A stretch of DNA of 64,000 bases from the human T2T-CHM13v2.0 reference genome, Homo sapiens: the NCBI RefSeq assembly GCF_009914755.1, contig NC_060927.1; one strand, written 5' to 3'. The position numbers and the translations under genes are program-made. This document shows, in pieces, positions 27,237-41,655 of the stretch (position 1 is the stretch's first letter; every line of letters begins with the position of its first letter). The notes beneath the pieces were generated by a model. The model was not told where the DNA came from. It did no database searches and saw only the letters and a program-made list of their open reading frames with translations.

Positions 27237-29689
27237 ATTATTGGATTTGCATTCTTTAGCCTTTGTATGTATAAAAATTCCTCGTCCCACCCTAAGTACT
27301 GGACAACCTGGTATGCAGGAGAGCAAGAGTGTGAGGGCCTCATAAAATGAGGGAGAGAAAAATCATGATAGGATGCTGCATCCTCTGGTGTAGGCTATAA
27401 CGTCCGGATTTTACAAGGGGTCTTATTCCCTTGTCTTGTGGGGGAGGCCCAAAAGCTTGGGGAGAATGCTACATCTAATCTTAGAACTGGAAATCCTGCC
27501 AAACCTATGGAAAAGTTCTGCTTCAAGTCAGATTGTCAGAAGTTATTTTTGAGGGTGTTGAGATTATTCAAATACCAGCTATGTCTCACTGTGGGGATGA
27601 AGAACAAACTTTTAGAGAAGCTTCTGGTGTGAAACTGAGGGTGGTTTCTGTAACGAGAGGCGTGTTTATGCTGACAGAAGCCAGGGCAGGGTCTGTGATT
27701 ACAGGACCTACAGTGTGGTTTCCTTCCTAAAGGAAGGCATTTGATAGACATGCTCCAAATTCCTCAGGATTACTGAACACTGGAGGAGGACTGCTACCCT
27801 GCATCTGAGGAATCTAAACATGACTCCTTAGCCATATCACTGAGGGCCCAGATGAGCCAGTTAATGTAATCATTAGGATAGCACATGAGCTGCTGCACCA
27901 ATCTCTTTGTACTCAATAATAATGGTACTCACATTATAACCTGGAATGAGATCATAGGGCATGCCCACATAAAGTGAAACATCCTAAATTTGTTAGTCAG
28001 ATGTTCAAAACCAGGCCCATAGCTGGATTCCTGGTATACCTTCTTGGACTCCATGGAGACCAAAGTGACCTATAGTGGAACATGATGTTCTATAACGTTT
28101 TTTTCCTTTAGGTTCAGCCTCCTTCTATGAAAGACATTTTATATAAACTAGTTATGATAGAAGAGACATTTCACCAAATACAAATGTTTATTTTGTGATG
28201 GTAAGAATACAGGTGATTTTTTTTCTTATTTTTGATGCTTTCTTGCATTTCCAAGTTTTATACAATTAGGATAATCAGAAAGAAATGAAAAATATTTTTA
28301 GAAGCAAGAATAGGCCAGTGGTCTCCAAACATTTTTGATTGTGTGCCTTCTCAATTTTTTTGAACTTGCAACCCCCTACATATAAATATTTATTCATTTT
28401 TAAGTTATAAAAACGTTCGGTCACTGCCTAATAATTTCAAAATTCAACATGCTCTTTGGGAGAGGTTTAGTTTTTTCATTAGAAATTGTGGGTTCCATAT
28501 TTCAAATAGTCTTCTGATAATTTCCAATTATTTTTTGCCTGGTTTCTTGAGAGATCAGATTAGATTGTCATTGTTGCCTTACCCCATAATGTGGCTGACA
28601 GAGAATTCAAAGTTCTCTTGTGCTTTCATGATTGGTATTATCTTCAAACTGCAGTTTCTTTGCAGGAAACTCGTTAAACCACGTGTCTTTTTGTGAAGGT
28701 TAGTTTAGTTAAAACTAGATAGTAGATAAATCTATTTAACTGGACACATGAAAAAAAGCAATAATTTGGAATGTGCTGAAAGCAATGAACAAATGAGCCA
28801 CAGTCAGCCACTGAGTTGTGACACTCCTACCTTCCCCCCTTCCCCGAGGAGCTCTCTTTTTCGTGCACTACACAAAGCCATCTGCCATGTGGTCAGAGTG
28901 AGACTCCAGCACCAGTCTACTAATGAAAATCCTGGGAAATTTTATATACTTTGTATTGGCTTGATAAAAAATATGTGCACAATATAATATATATACACAT
29001 ATATGCATATTTATATCAAGATAGTTTTTCTACCATCATTGGATAATTTGGGGCATTTTCTGAGATGGGCATACTTATGTTGGAAAGCCTTAGAAATGAC
29101 ACTAAGAAGGATATTCTAGACAAGGGACTTTCTGAAAATATGGGCCACCTTTATGGTTTTTCTTTTAAATCTCTAACTGTGTAATTGCAAGCGAGGTATG
29201 CTTAATGCACCTGAAAGTTTATTTGAGTAGGGAATGATATATCAATTCTAAATCTATGGGGTTCATGTAAAACAAATAGGGGCCAGGCTAAGGCTGGGGA
29301 GAAATGGCATTCAAGGAAGAAACTTCTGCCTAGAGAAGATAAGCTGATTATAACTTACTGGTGGTCTCAACTCTTCAATTAGTTGCACACAGAGGCCCTT
29401 AGCATTTTATATTAGAAAGAGACCATTCGGTCAGCCTTTTACCTATATAGAAATTCAGCTCAGTAAACATTTGGTGAGCACCTCCTTATGTAGCAAAAAC
29501 TATGTTGGACATTGAGGACATAACAGGGAGACACAGAAACAGAGAATCATCATACAATTTAAGAATTCTATGATAGAGGCTCCTAGTTTGCAGAGAACAC
29601 TGGAAGAGGCAGATGCTTAGCCCAGTCAGGATGTTCATAGAGGGTTTCCCAATGAGGTTACACCTGAGGGCAGGCAAAAGTTGGTGGCT

Positions 29690-31100
29690 AGGATTTGGCA
29701 TCCCTGGATGATGCCATCCAGCCTCTACCAGAATATCTCCAGAGCCCAGAAAGGGGCTTAGCAGGGAAGGGAGAAGAAAGGAGGGAGCTCATCATCTCAC
29801 TATTGTGTTGAACCAAAATCTCCACCTTTTACACTTGGGTCTTTGTTCTGCTCTCTGGAAAAAAAAAAAAAAAAAGAGAGAACTAGTCTGCTCCCTCTTA
29901 TTTGGGAGCCTTAAAAATAATTGAAAATGTTTATCATAGGCCTCTTTTCCTTTATCTGAAAAATGGTGAGCTTGTATGAGTTATTTCTGCAGTCCCGGTG
30001 ACTCTAAAAATGTTATAATGATTTCTCCTTAGTGTCAGCCCTCTATGGTATATATCCTCTATTTTATTCACCTCTTTCTGGATAGGACATGGCCTCTAGT
30101 CACTGACTGTCTTGGTCACTGTCTGCTGAATGGAGCCTGGCTCACATACAGGCTTGGATGTGTCCTCTTCAGAGTACTGGCTCTGGTGCAGCCCAGGAGA
30201 TAGGTACCTTTTTAATGACTTCATCACCTGTCTTGTCTAGTCTTTGCTTGCTTAAAAGCTCCTGGTTGTCATTTGAAAGTATGGGCTTCCAGTACACTGA
30301 CTTAAAAAAAAAAACTTCAATGTCAGCTTTTATATTTTGTCACTCAAATTTAGTCTTTTTCTTTTTTTTTTTTTTTGCACAGTTCTTCTGCCTGTGAAAA
30401 TAGATATAAATTTAATTTATTATTACTATCAATGTTGTGGCTGTTTGAAAAGTTGGGCAGGTAAGACAGGGCTGTCTGGTGCATCACTACAGGTTCTTAT
30501 CTGGGGGACACAGAGCCATTAGTCTGCACAGTCACTGTTAGCTGTGGATCATCTAAGAGCCCATCATCGAGTCCAATTTCGCCACTTTTTCTTCCATAAA
30601 AACCATTCGAGACTGCAAGGCCTTGCTGTTCTCCACGTTTGTAACATGCCAAATCCACCAACATTGCAACTGTATCAAGAAAGAAGCTAAGATCTATTTG
30701 AGGTCATCTTTGTGCACTCTTCCTAGTGATCACTGTCACATTTTCTAAGTACCCCCAGAACCTTTGGAAAGAACATGTAGAATGAATACAATGAAGTAAA
30801 CCTAATCCTCACAAAATATTTATTTCATAGTCTCTTCTAGACTTTTTGACAAATTAATTTCAGGATCACTGGGAGGTTTTCCCTACTATCGTCCTTTTTT
30901 AAAAAAATCAGGATTTTTCACACAGCTTTAGTATTCTGGCAGGTCACCTGTTTTCAGTAGAACTGTCAAAAATCCCTGATGGAAATGTTCAGATCACTCT
31001 GTAATGGGGTGGGTCTGGGGCTGTGGACCTGAACTCAAGTAAAATTATCAAGGTTCAAATGCTATATGCTCCTCCTTTCTGGTAAGGATGCAGTAGAAGG
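29690..31100. mobile_element. Possible L3/CR1 LINE remnants (patchy)
   Basis: GGGTCTTTGTTCTGCTCTCTGGA...GTCTGCTCCCTCTT and GGACCTGAACTCA resemble CR1/L3 segments; weak, by eye only. Confidence 0.3.
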
Positions 31101-31344
31101 TGTTCAGCTTACACAGGGGGAGAAAACATTCTGACACTCAAGCATAACTAGGTTCTAGAATGAGTGAGCAATATACGTTATAGGAGCTCTTCAACAAAAG
31201 AGAGATCTTTTAAAAGGAGAATAGAGTTCCACAAATCTCAAAATGATAAAAGGCAAAGGTATGGACACAAGTATAAAAAGGAATGACCAAGATCCCTCCC
31301 AACCCTGTTAATTGACAGTTGTGATTATATCAAGGACCTCAGGG

Positions 31345-31647
31345 TTTTTTTTTTTTTTTTTTTTTTTGACGGAGTCTCGCTCTGTCAGCCAGGCTGGAGT
31401 GCAATGACACAATCTTGGCTCACTGCAAGCTCCACCTCCTGGGTTCACGCCATTCTCCTGCCTCAGCCTCCTGAGTAGCTGGTACTACAGGTGCCCACCA
31501 CCACACCCGGCTAATTTTTTTGTATTTTTAGTAGAGATGAGGTTTCACTGTGTTAGCCAGGATGGCCTCGATCTCCTGACCTCGTGATCCGCCTGCCTCG
31601 GCCTCCCAAAGTACTGGGATTACAGGCGTGAGCCACCACACCTGGCC
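31345..31647 (-). mobile_element. AluY/Sc-type
   Basis: GCAAGCTCC, TTCACGCCATTC, GTTAGCCAGGATGG, CTCGTGATCC diagnostics; CAAGGAYCTCAG flanking repeat. Confidence 0.95.
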
Positions 31648-32536
31648 AAGGATCTCAGTTTTAATCATGATGATAGAGAAGAAAAGAACATAAAATTGGC
31701 CATAAAAATAATCCAATTATCCAAATTATTCAATTGGTATAGAAATTAAGTAATTGAACATTGGAACTCATCAATTACAGCATTTTTGCAATATGTTCTC
31801 ACATTATTTTGCCAAAAATTAAAAACTGACTGGATTTCATTATTTCCAAGTCCCTTTGCTTTTCTGGAAATTTCTTACAATATTCCCAAAGGTCTTTAGC
31901 TATTTAAACAAATATTTTAACTCTTCAGAGAGATTATACATATTACTAAGACAGGGAAATGCTATGATAACTTTAAAATAATCTGCTTTAGAAGTCACTA
32001 ATCTTATCATTGTAAGAATTGATTAGCAGAGAGGAACTCAACATTATATTGGACAAGAAGAGTAAATGACCATGGTACTTTAGCTATTTTATTCATCGTG
32101 GTAACCTATATCAAAAATTATAGATAAAATAGATCTTCCCATGCAATGAGGTGGTTTCTTCAGCTGCAATATGTCTTTCCCTATCAGCCAGCATTTGTAG
32201 GGCAGTGGAGAATATTTGTCTTCCACTTTCCTCATCTTCACAAAAATAATGATGTCATAAAACAGAAAGATGCCATTTTGCAATTGATAACCCAGGTATG
32301 TCAATGGCATCCCATCACAGTGAAATGCCATGGACCCTTTCTTCCTACTGGTAATTGGAATGAGATTGAATCTTAACACATGCAACATATGTAGTGTTGA
32401 TTAATGTATATAATCACCTTTGCTGAGAGACAGTAATGCCGTGATCAAGTGTGTAGTATTTTGAGTTAGACTGCCTGGGTTTGAAACCTGTTTTACTAAC
32501 TTTACTAATTGTGTGGCCTTAAGCAAGTTGCTTTGC

Positions 32537-32830
32537 TTTTTTTTTTTTTTTTTTTTGAGACAGGGTCTCACTCTGTCACCCAAGCTGGAGTGCAGTGGCA
32601 TGATCTCGGCTCACTGCTATCTCCGCCTCCTGGGTTCCAGTGATTCTCCTGGGTTCAAGCCTCCAGAGTAGCTGGGATTACAGGTATGCGCCACCACGCC
32701 CAGCTAATTTTTGTATTTTTAGTAGAGATGGGGTTTCACCATGCTTGCCAGGCTGGTCTCAAACTCCTGACCTCAGGTGATCCACCTGCGAAAGTGTTGG
32801 GATTACAGGCGTGAGTCACTGCACCCAGCC
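32537..32830 (-). mobile_element. AluS inserted in a MIR (MIR about 32435-32990)
   Basis: Alu dimer with a small internal duplication and a deletion; MIR core on both sides. Confidence 0.9.
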
Positions 32831-33397
32831 AGGCAAATTGCCCTTGAAGCCTTGGTTTCCTCATTTGAGAAATGGAAACGAAATAATATTTCCCAGCCTA
32901 TTGGGTTACTGTGAGGATTTAATAAGTTAACACATAATATGTTTAGCAAAGCTCCTGACAGTTAATCAGCACTTAATACATAGTAGTCAGCATTGTTATT
33001 ATTATTCATAATATGTTTTCTTTTTTATATATATATATATTTGCTTCCAGGTTTTAAGCAGTTAAACATCCCTTCTTATTCTTTCTCATTGTTTCTCTTC
33101 TGATTTGTTACTGAGTCATATTAGGAGATCCCTGAATGTTTATGCAGAGAACCTGCTGTGGGAGCCAAAGTCATTTGCTCTTGCCTTACAGAGACCCTGC
33201 CTGTGTTGGGAACAGATCATATTTCTATCTGCTGCAATTTAAGTCTCAATACCAAATTGCAGATGTGTTTCCTATTCATGACAAAGGCATCTGGATAACC
33301 AGATAATTCTATATAGGTTAATATTACCTTTATACTGAGCAATCTGGCAGAGTCGGTTTAAAAAAAATTACTAAACTCTTTAAAAATGTACTATACT

Positions 33398-33490
33398 GTG
33401 CTCACTTCATCAGCACATACACTAAACTGAAACGATACAGAGATTAGCATGGGCCCTGACGCACAAATACGTGAAGCATTCCATAAATTT
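33398..33490 (+). pseudogene. U6 snRNA retropseudogene with internal deletions
   Basis: GTGCTCACTTCATCAGCACATACACTAAA-CTGAAACGATACAGA-GATTAGCATGGGCCC-TGACGCACAAATACGTGAAGCATTCCATA aligns end to end with U6. Confidence 0.92.
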
Positions 33491-33779
33491 TTTTTTTATT
33501 TTTTATTTTGAGACGGAATCTCGCTCTGTTGCCCAGGCTGGAGTGCAGTGGCACGATCTCGGCTCACCACCTAGGTTCACGCCATTCTCCTGCCTCAGCC
33601 TCCCGAGTAGCTGGGACTAGAGGCACCCGCCACCACGCCCAGCTATTTTTTTTGTATTTTTAGTAGAGACGGGGTTTCACCGTGTTAGCTAGGATGGGCT
33701 CGATCTCCTGACCTCGTGATCCGCCCGCCTCAGCCTCCCAAAGTGCTGGGATTACAGGCGTGAGCCACTGTGCCTGGCC
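33488..33779 (-). mobile_element. AluY abutting the U6 3' T-tract
   Basis: CpG-rich Alu with Y diagnostics; about 12 nt missing after GGCTCAC. Confidence 0.95.
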
Positions 33780-36129
33780 AAAACTTTTTTTTAAAAAGGA
33801 AAAGAAATACTGGAGGAAGGCAGTGCGTTTTCTTGCAAGGATAAATTATGCCTGGCATTTATCTAAGGCCACAAACACAAAATTTCTTGGTCTGCTAAAA
33901 AAATATATGTTTAATTTAAAAGGCTCATGTGAAGTGAAGAAAACTGAATTATGGGTTTTGTTTTTTGTTTTGTTTTTGTTTTTGTTTTAGAAGAAGAAGA
34001 AAACAAGAAGGGTAAAACTGGCACTTTTCTGAAGTGAGAATAGTAAAAAGAAAGATATCCCCCAAAATCAATTCTTGGAGCAGCCCTATTGTTGTAACAC
34101 CATGGTTAAGAGCATTGGACTTGGTCATTAAATGCTCAGCTCTACCACCACCAGCTCTGAGACCATGGGAAAAACTATATGACTTCTCTGTGCTTTCATT
34201 TCCTCCTATAGTGCTATGAGGATTAAATAAAGTTGATCAAACACTTAACACATTGCCTGCCCCATAATAAATGCACAATACAAAGTAAAATGTCTTCTTC
34301 AATCATACTATCTTCATCATTGTTGCCAACATCTAAACACTGATCTGAAGAAAGAACTATACAGTGAGATTTCCAATGTTGCAGGTGATAAAGAGTTGAA
34401 GTGGGTAGACCATAGGAAGTGGGGAAAAAAAAAAGGGAGGGGCAGGTGAATTTTGATTCAGGCAGATACAGATCAAAACATCTGGGGAAGAGGGACTATA
34501 GCTTTCTCTACACATAAATACTGGGGAAGACCAAGAAAACAGGAGGAACCAATGGAGAGAGCTCTCTGAAAGCAGAGCTCAAGGTGACTGCTAAACCAAC
34601 TCCTATGAAGCAAATTTTGATGGCAGAATACTGGATTTGGTGTATCTCATCTAGCAGGAACACCTTGGGCTTCTTTTTGAAGTGAGGCTTCCCATTTTCC
34701 ATTTCCCACTGCCTCTTACCCTTTTTTAAATTTTATTTTGGCACTTTCTCTGATTTCCCTTATTGATGTCTCTAGAGTAGACAATTGTTAGAATAGAAAT
34801 ATTGCCAATGTATCTGTCAAAGAAGTCATCATTTCCTAACTGCAGTTAATTCAGGAGAGTGGGGGAGACAGAGGCCACTAGAGCAAGTGGGGAACTGAGG
34901 TGGAAGTAACTGAGTGGAAGGAGAAAGCAAAATAGGTTGACTGAAAGCGGAATGCCCTCTGGGAACCTTGTGTTCCATCTTTCATTCACTGGCTTCAGGC
35001 CCTAGTTTCTAGCCTGAACAAATTCTCTCCAGATGGAGTTAAATCACTAAATTCACTCACTGGCACAGGCTTTTCTTTTCAGTCTTGTCTCTCTGTATTA
35101 GCAAACTAACCCATGACCCATGTTATTAGATAAGCCAGAGAAAAATATTCGGGTCTAGGTGTTGTCGTGAAGCTCTTCATGCCAGAGGGTTTACTCTGAA
35201 GGGTGGTCAGGGCTTAAGCAGATTGGGAGGAAGGACAAGGGCGTTTCAGGGCTATTAGGCTAGTGAAGAAGGCTGGAGAGGGCAGAACTTGCTCTCAGCA
35301 TCAGCAAGTAAACCATCTGACTGGTTCATAACAAGAGCACAGGGTAAGCCTGGGAAGCTAGGTTTGTTCATTAGCAGTAAGGTCAACTTAAGGTTTGAAA
35401 ACAACTATTTTTCTTTTTAAAAAATGAGCCTCTATTGTCTTCCAGCCTTATGCCCCAGAAAGAAGGTGGGGAGGAAGAATCTAATGAAAAAAACATTCCT
35501 TGAGGAAACAGAAAATACTTAGGAAAGAGAATAATTTAAATTCCAGTATACATTAAACACACACAAATCAGACTAATTGAAAGCTGTGGGCATCAGTGCC
35601 TGGGGGAGAGAAGGGAGGGGGAGTCCAACAGAAAGAGGAGAGAGCCTGCGGACCCAGGGAGGGCAGCCTTAGGAGGAGGCCCTGGAAATTCCCATTCTCC
35701 AGGCTTCATAACAGACCTGGGTTCCTCAATTCAATGGTGTCAGATGATGAGAGTGGAGGAGGGTAAGGAGAGGAGATGAAAGAATATAGAAACACCAGGT
35801 ACAGAATCCTGGACATATTTCACATTTAGCTTAGATTTGAATTCCCAAGATTCCAGACCTCTGAGATCACTCTCTCAACTAAAGCCCTCTGACGTGACTC
35901 TCTTCTCCCTCACCAGGACCGTCGGCACCTTCCACTCCATAGATTCCTGGCTATGGGACTCCTTGGATCTTCCTGCAGCAAATAGATACCTCAGACTCAG
36001 TTTCACAGAAACAAACAGAACCTAAAATCAAAAGAAAAGGCAGGCTCTTCCTTTCATGCTTGTTGTCTTAGTTTTATTCTAATTCCCCTTAGTTTGTAGG
36101 CCAGAAAATGGAGTAAAAATTGTGATTTG

Positions 36130-37075
36130 GGCTATTTTACATATATTATCTGATAAAGAACTTACATCTAGAATATATTTAGAACTTTTACAAATCTACA
36201 ATGAAAAGTTAATTAACGCAGTATTTTAAAAAGGGCAGAAGACTTGAAAAGACATCTTACAAAAGTAGATATACAAATGGTCAATAAGCATTTGAAAATG
36301 TTCTCACCATCGTGAGTCATCAAGAAAATACAACTTAAAACCATGATGAAATAGCACTTCACACCCACTAGCATGGTTAAAATTAAATAGACTGATAATG
36401 CCAAGTGATGGTGAGGGTGTAGAGCAACCGGAACTTGAATACGTTGCTCCTGGGTATGTAAAATATTACAATCATTTTGAGGAAATCTGATGGTTCCCTT
36501 ATAAAGTTAAACATACACCTACCCTATGACCTATATATAATTCCACCCCTAAGTAATTGTGCAAGAGCAATGAAAACCTATGTCCACAGAAAGACTTCTA
36601 TAAGAACTTTCACATCAACCTTATTCATATTAGCCAAACACTGGAAACAACCCAATAATTCATTAGGAGGAGAATGGATAAACACACTGTGGCCTATATG
36701 TACAATGATACTCTACTCAGCTGTAGCAAGGAATGAACTAAACATACACACAGCAGCGTGGATGAATCTTGATACAACATGTTGAACAAAAGCCAGATGT
36801 TTAAAAAAAAATTCTGTAAGATTTCATTCATATTAAATTCTAGAATAGGCAAAACTACATCTATGATGATAGAAATCAGAAATTGGTGCCTAGTTGTGGG
36901 TTGGGAAGGGGAGGGATGGATTGGAAGGGGGCACAAGCAGGTTCTCTAGAGTGATGGAAAGGCTCTATAGTTTATTTTTGGCGATGACTACATGGGTGTA
37001 TAAAATTGTCAAGACTCAGAACTGAATGCTTAAAATATGTGTATTTTGTATGTAAATTATACTTCAGTTTTTAAC
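36130..37075 (+). mobile_element. Old L1 (L1MC/ME-type) 3' region
   Basis: End of ORF2 (ORF 36477-36785 KHWKQP...EWINTLW) plus 3' UTR motifs. Confidence 0.85.
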
Positions 37076-37140
37076 ATACAGTAACGAAAAAGGCCTAGTT
37101 CTATAAAAACTGTAAAAGCCTATGTATACTTTAAATTATG

Positions 37141-37477
<337 letters not shown>

Positions 37478-38938
37478 TAAATAATCTATTTTAGCCTCAT
37501 CAGTCTAACCCCTTTCTCGAGTTAGAGAATGAAGTACTTTTCAAAGATGGGGCTTTAACAAAAACCTACTTTGCCTGCCAACCCAGTGGCTCCCAGATCC
37601 CCCAAGGATGCCCCACAATAAGTAATACTGGGTTTTCCTGCTGAGCTCAGCAGTTCTCTAAATTGACCTGAAAAGATGTGGGGTGTGAAGTGAGAACCTA
37701 GGGCAGTGAGAGTGATATTTTCAATTTCCCCATTTCTGCTTCAAAGAGAGAAAGTACAATTTAATCTGTTTCTATTTTGCTTGAAGAAAGGTCTTGTTGT
37801 TAGACAAAAAAAATGAAATCCTGTGACCCAGACAGCAGCCCCTTGTGAGGGGCTGCTTGGCTTTCCCATCCCAGTGTGTGTACCCCAGCATGGAATATAA
37901 GAGCACCGCTCCCACTTGCTTCAATCCATCGTCTGTCTCCCTGTGTCCCTGATGCTCCTGGAGCAGCAGTTTTTGATAACTTGGAAGGTTATGCCATGTG
38001 GGAGCTGGCATGAGACCCAGCATCATGAAAACCACTCAACTAAGGCTCTGGGATATATGCTTAGATGGCCTGGGCCATCCTGGAAATGTGTGACCTGGAG
38101 TGACACTTTCGTCTCCTGAGAAAAGAGGATGACAGTACACATGGTGTCGCCTTCAAGGGGTGTCATCGGGGTAGCATGAGATAGCAGATCTGAAAATCAC
38201 TTTTAAAAACTTTTAATTTTGATTCACACAAGTGGAATTATCTAGTTCAGTACTTCTGACTTCCTAGTCTGTGGATGATTGCAGAGATTGTAAAGGAAGT
38301 GTAGGATTTAGTCTCGATTTGCAGAAAACTGAGAGTAGACCCAGTGAAGTCATGTGAGTTAAGGTGTAGAGAAATGAACAATTAGCAAGCTGCTATTAAG
38401 GCAATGTTTGCATTCATTACATGCTTTAGTATTCATTAGAATCATTAATGCCTTTCAATTGATTAAATCTGCTTGAATTCCTGGAGGTATGCTACACATT
38501 TATACTTTGTTTAGTCACTATTTTTAGGTGTCAACCTTTGTAATAGAAGGACAGAATGTTGCACAATAGAACACAGGAACCAGAGCAGGACCCTTGGGTT
38601 TGATGGACACCAGCTCTTTAACTGATTGTGTAACTTTGGGCCATTCACCAGGTTTTTCTAGCCCTCAGTTTCTGTTTTTGAAATACTACTTAATTTCTGA
38701 GGACCTCTTTAGTTACGAAAATTGTTACAGCAACAACTGTGGGATGGTAGACAAAGTCTTTGCAGTTAGTAGAAGAACTTTATCCCTCTCTGGCAGGGTA
38801 AATAACCCCATCTGTCTGTGTGAGGGTCAACTTCCTCTCCTAGAATATGGACCTGGAGATCTCCACCATGCCTGCCTCATTGAGTTATTGTGAGGATTGA
38901 ACATCAAGGAGTATGCAAAAACTTTATAAGCCATAATT

Positions 38939-39389
<451 letters not shown>

Positions 39390-39542
39390 TGACCTCGCTC
39401 ATTCTCCTGGCAGAGGAGATGATGAAAACAAGCATACCAGCTAGCCTGCAAGGAGCAGTGCCACATCGTTTATTCATTTTATTCCTACAGATACAAAGAA
39501 TAGAGATTTTTACCCACATTTTTTTTAAAAGAAAGGAAACGA

Positions 39543-39833
39543 GGCCGGGTGTGGTGGTTCATGCCAGTAATCCCAGCATTTTGGAAGGCTGAGGTGAGTG
39601 GATCATTTGAGGTCAGGAGTTCGAGAGCAGCCTGGCCAACATGGTGAAACCCCTTCTCTACTAAAAATACAAAAATTATCCAGGTGTGGGGGCAGATGCC
39701 TATAATCCCAGCTACTCAGGAGGCTGAGGCAGGAGAATCGCTTCAACCTGGGAGATGGAGACTGCAGTGAGCTGAGACCATGCGACTGCACTCCAGCCTG
39801 GGCAAGAGTCAGATGAAAAAAAAAAGAAAAGAA
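39543..39833 (+). mobile_element. AluS
   Basis: Full dimer GGCCGGGTGTGG... with A tail. Confidence 0.95.
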
Positions 39834-40807
39834 ACGGAAGCCATGAGAGCTGGAATAGTGCCCAAGGTTGCCCAGTTAGGCTGTGCTGAAGTTGGGAATA
39901 GGGCCAGGGTTTCCTGGTCTGCAGACAGAGTGAGAGAATCAATGATGGCAATCAGCACAGATTCCTTTAAAAAATGGTAGCCTGGAAAAACAAACCAGAA
40001 GCAGTCAGACATTCATATGGATTGTATACACATGTGTAGTTGTTTCCTCTTCTGCTCCCGATCCCTGCTGCCAGCACGCATTCTCCAGCCCTATCCTCTA
40101 CTCCTAAGCTATCTCCTTGTCTCCGGTTCCTGTTTCTCAGTCTCCTCAATTGTTAATCACTGGTCTTTGGGTGAGTATAAACAGTGATGATAAAAATTTA
40201 TGACAAGATCATATAATTTTATAACTTCTCAGAAAAACACGGCTGAGTTACTCAGATTTAACTTCTTTTCCTGCTCAAGATTTATTCAAAATTTATCTAA
40301 CAAATGAGTGAGCCCTTACTATTATACTTCCCACTCCCCAAGTCATCCTTTGATGTTAGAAGGAGAGAGCACCATGGTGATCTTGAGGACAGCTGGTTGA
40401 GAAGAAAAGAAGTCACATGGCTGGTCACATCTCAAGGGAGTGCTAGAGCCCAGATCTCTACCTTCCGACCCACTCCACTGCCCTCCTACCGGGGTCCTTG
40501 TTGGCTCAGGTTCCTCAGTCTCCAACACGAGGTAGACAGGAGCTAAGGCCATCAACTATAAAACGCAGTTGGGCCATGTCCCTGCTTATCCTGAAGGATA
40601 TGGAAATCCTGAGATTGTCAGGGGGACCTTAGCAGTCATACTGAACTTTAAAGTACTGTGTTTCTTTCGATGACCTGAAAGAGTAAAGACCAGCATTCAA
40701 AGGGACTTCACTCCTGACCAGAGGAGAGACAGTCTAGTAAATTCTGTTCACTTTTGTCAGCATAGTCTGTCCTTGAATTTTCATCTGTGCTGTGAACAGA
40801 CTGCCTC

Positions 40808-40871
40808 TGAGACCCAGGCCTGTTTCACAGGTGTGCAGCTGAAACCCAGGCCTATTCACAGGTATGCAGCT
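40808..40871. repeat. Short tandem duplication, 2 copies of about 32 bp
   Basis: TGAGACCCAGGCCTGTTTCACAGGTGTGCAGC / TGAAACCCAGGCCTATTCACAGGTATGCAGC. Confidence 0.85.
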
Positions 40872-40914
40872 AGTGCTCTGTGTAGTCCCAGGAAGGGCTA
40901 CTCACCTTGCAGTC

Positions 40915-41655
40915 TGTCTGGGGACTTTTTTTTTAAATGACAGTGCCCAGGCCCCATGCCCTGATATTCTGATTTAACTACCTCTAAATGGAACTTGGGC
41001 AACAGCAAAAAGCTCCTCGGGTGATTCAACTGTGTGGCCAGGGCCAAGAACCACTGCTTTTATTCGTGATAATTAAATCACAACATCTGACATCTCTGGA
41101 ATGACCTAGGACAGTGGCTTTCAAAATGTGATCCCCATGTCAGCAGCATTAGCATCACCTGAGGATGTGTTTGAAATGCGAGTTCAAGGGCTCATACCTG
41201 AACTCATTACATCAGAATCCCATAACATACATGTTTGCTGCGGTTCCTTTGCAGTTGCTATAGGCATTGAAACAGTGCATACTCTTAAAGCCCTGTACAC
41301 AAGAGTACGTGGCAATGTTGCTTAAATAGTCTAAGGGTCAAAGAATTCCAAAGCAGAGACTGATCTGAGAGGTGGATTCATGAATAAGGCAGTGTTGCTT
41401 AAATAGTCTAAGGGTGAGCAGAGTGTGGCCCAGCAATCTGTGGTTCAATTAGCCCTCCAGGTGATTTTGTGCACCACTGACCCAACATGTTGCTACTCAG
41501 TGTGGGCCCTGGGCCCAGCAGCACCAGCATCACTTGGGAGCAGATTAGGAATGCAAAATTGCTGGCCTTATCCCAGACTTGTGAATCTGAATGTAGATGT
41601 TAACAAAATCTCCAGGTAAATGGTGTGTACATTAAAATCTGGGAGTCAGTGTTCT
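40915..41655. mobile_element. Cluster of three MER5-family (hAT-Charlie) elements; the middle MER5A (41112-41479) is split by the insertion at 41221-41415
   Basis: CAGTGG...CAGCAGCATTAGCATCACCTG...GGCCCAGCAATCTGTG...GCCCTCCAGGTGATT...CCACTG. Confidence 0.8.

Noticed and set aside
33398-33490. Functional U6 snRNA gene
   Set aside because: It has deletions in conserved regions, many substitutions, and no recognisable upstream PSE/TATA arrangement.
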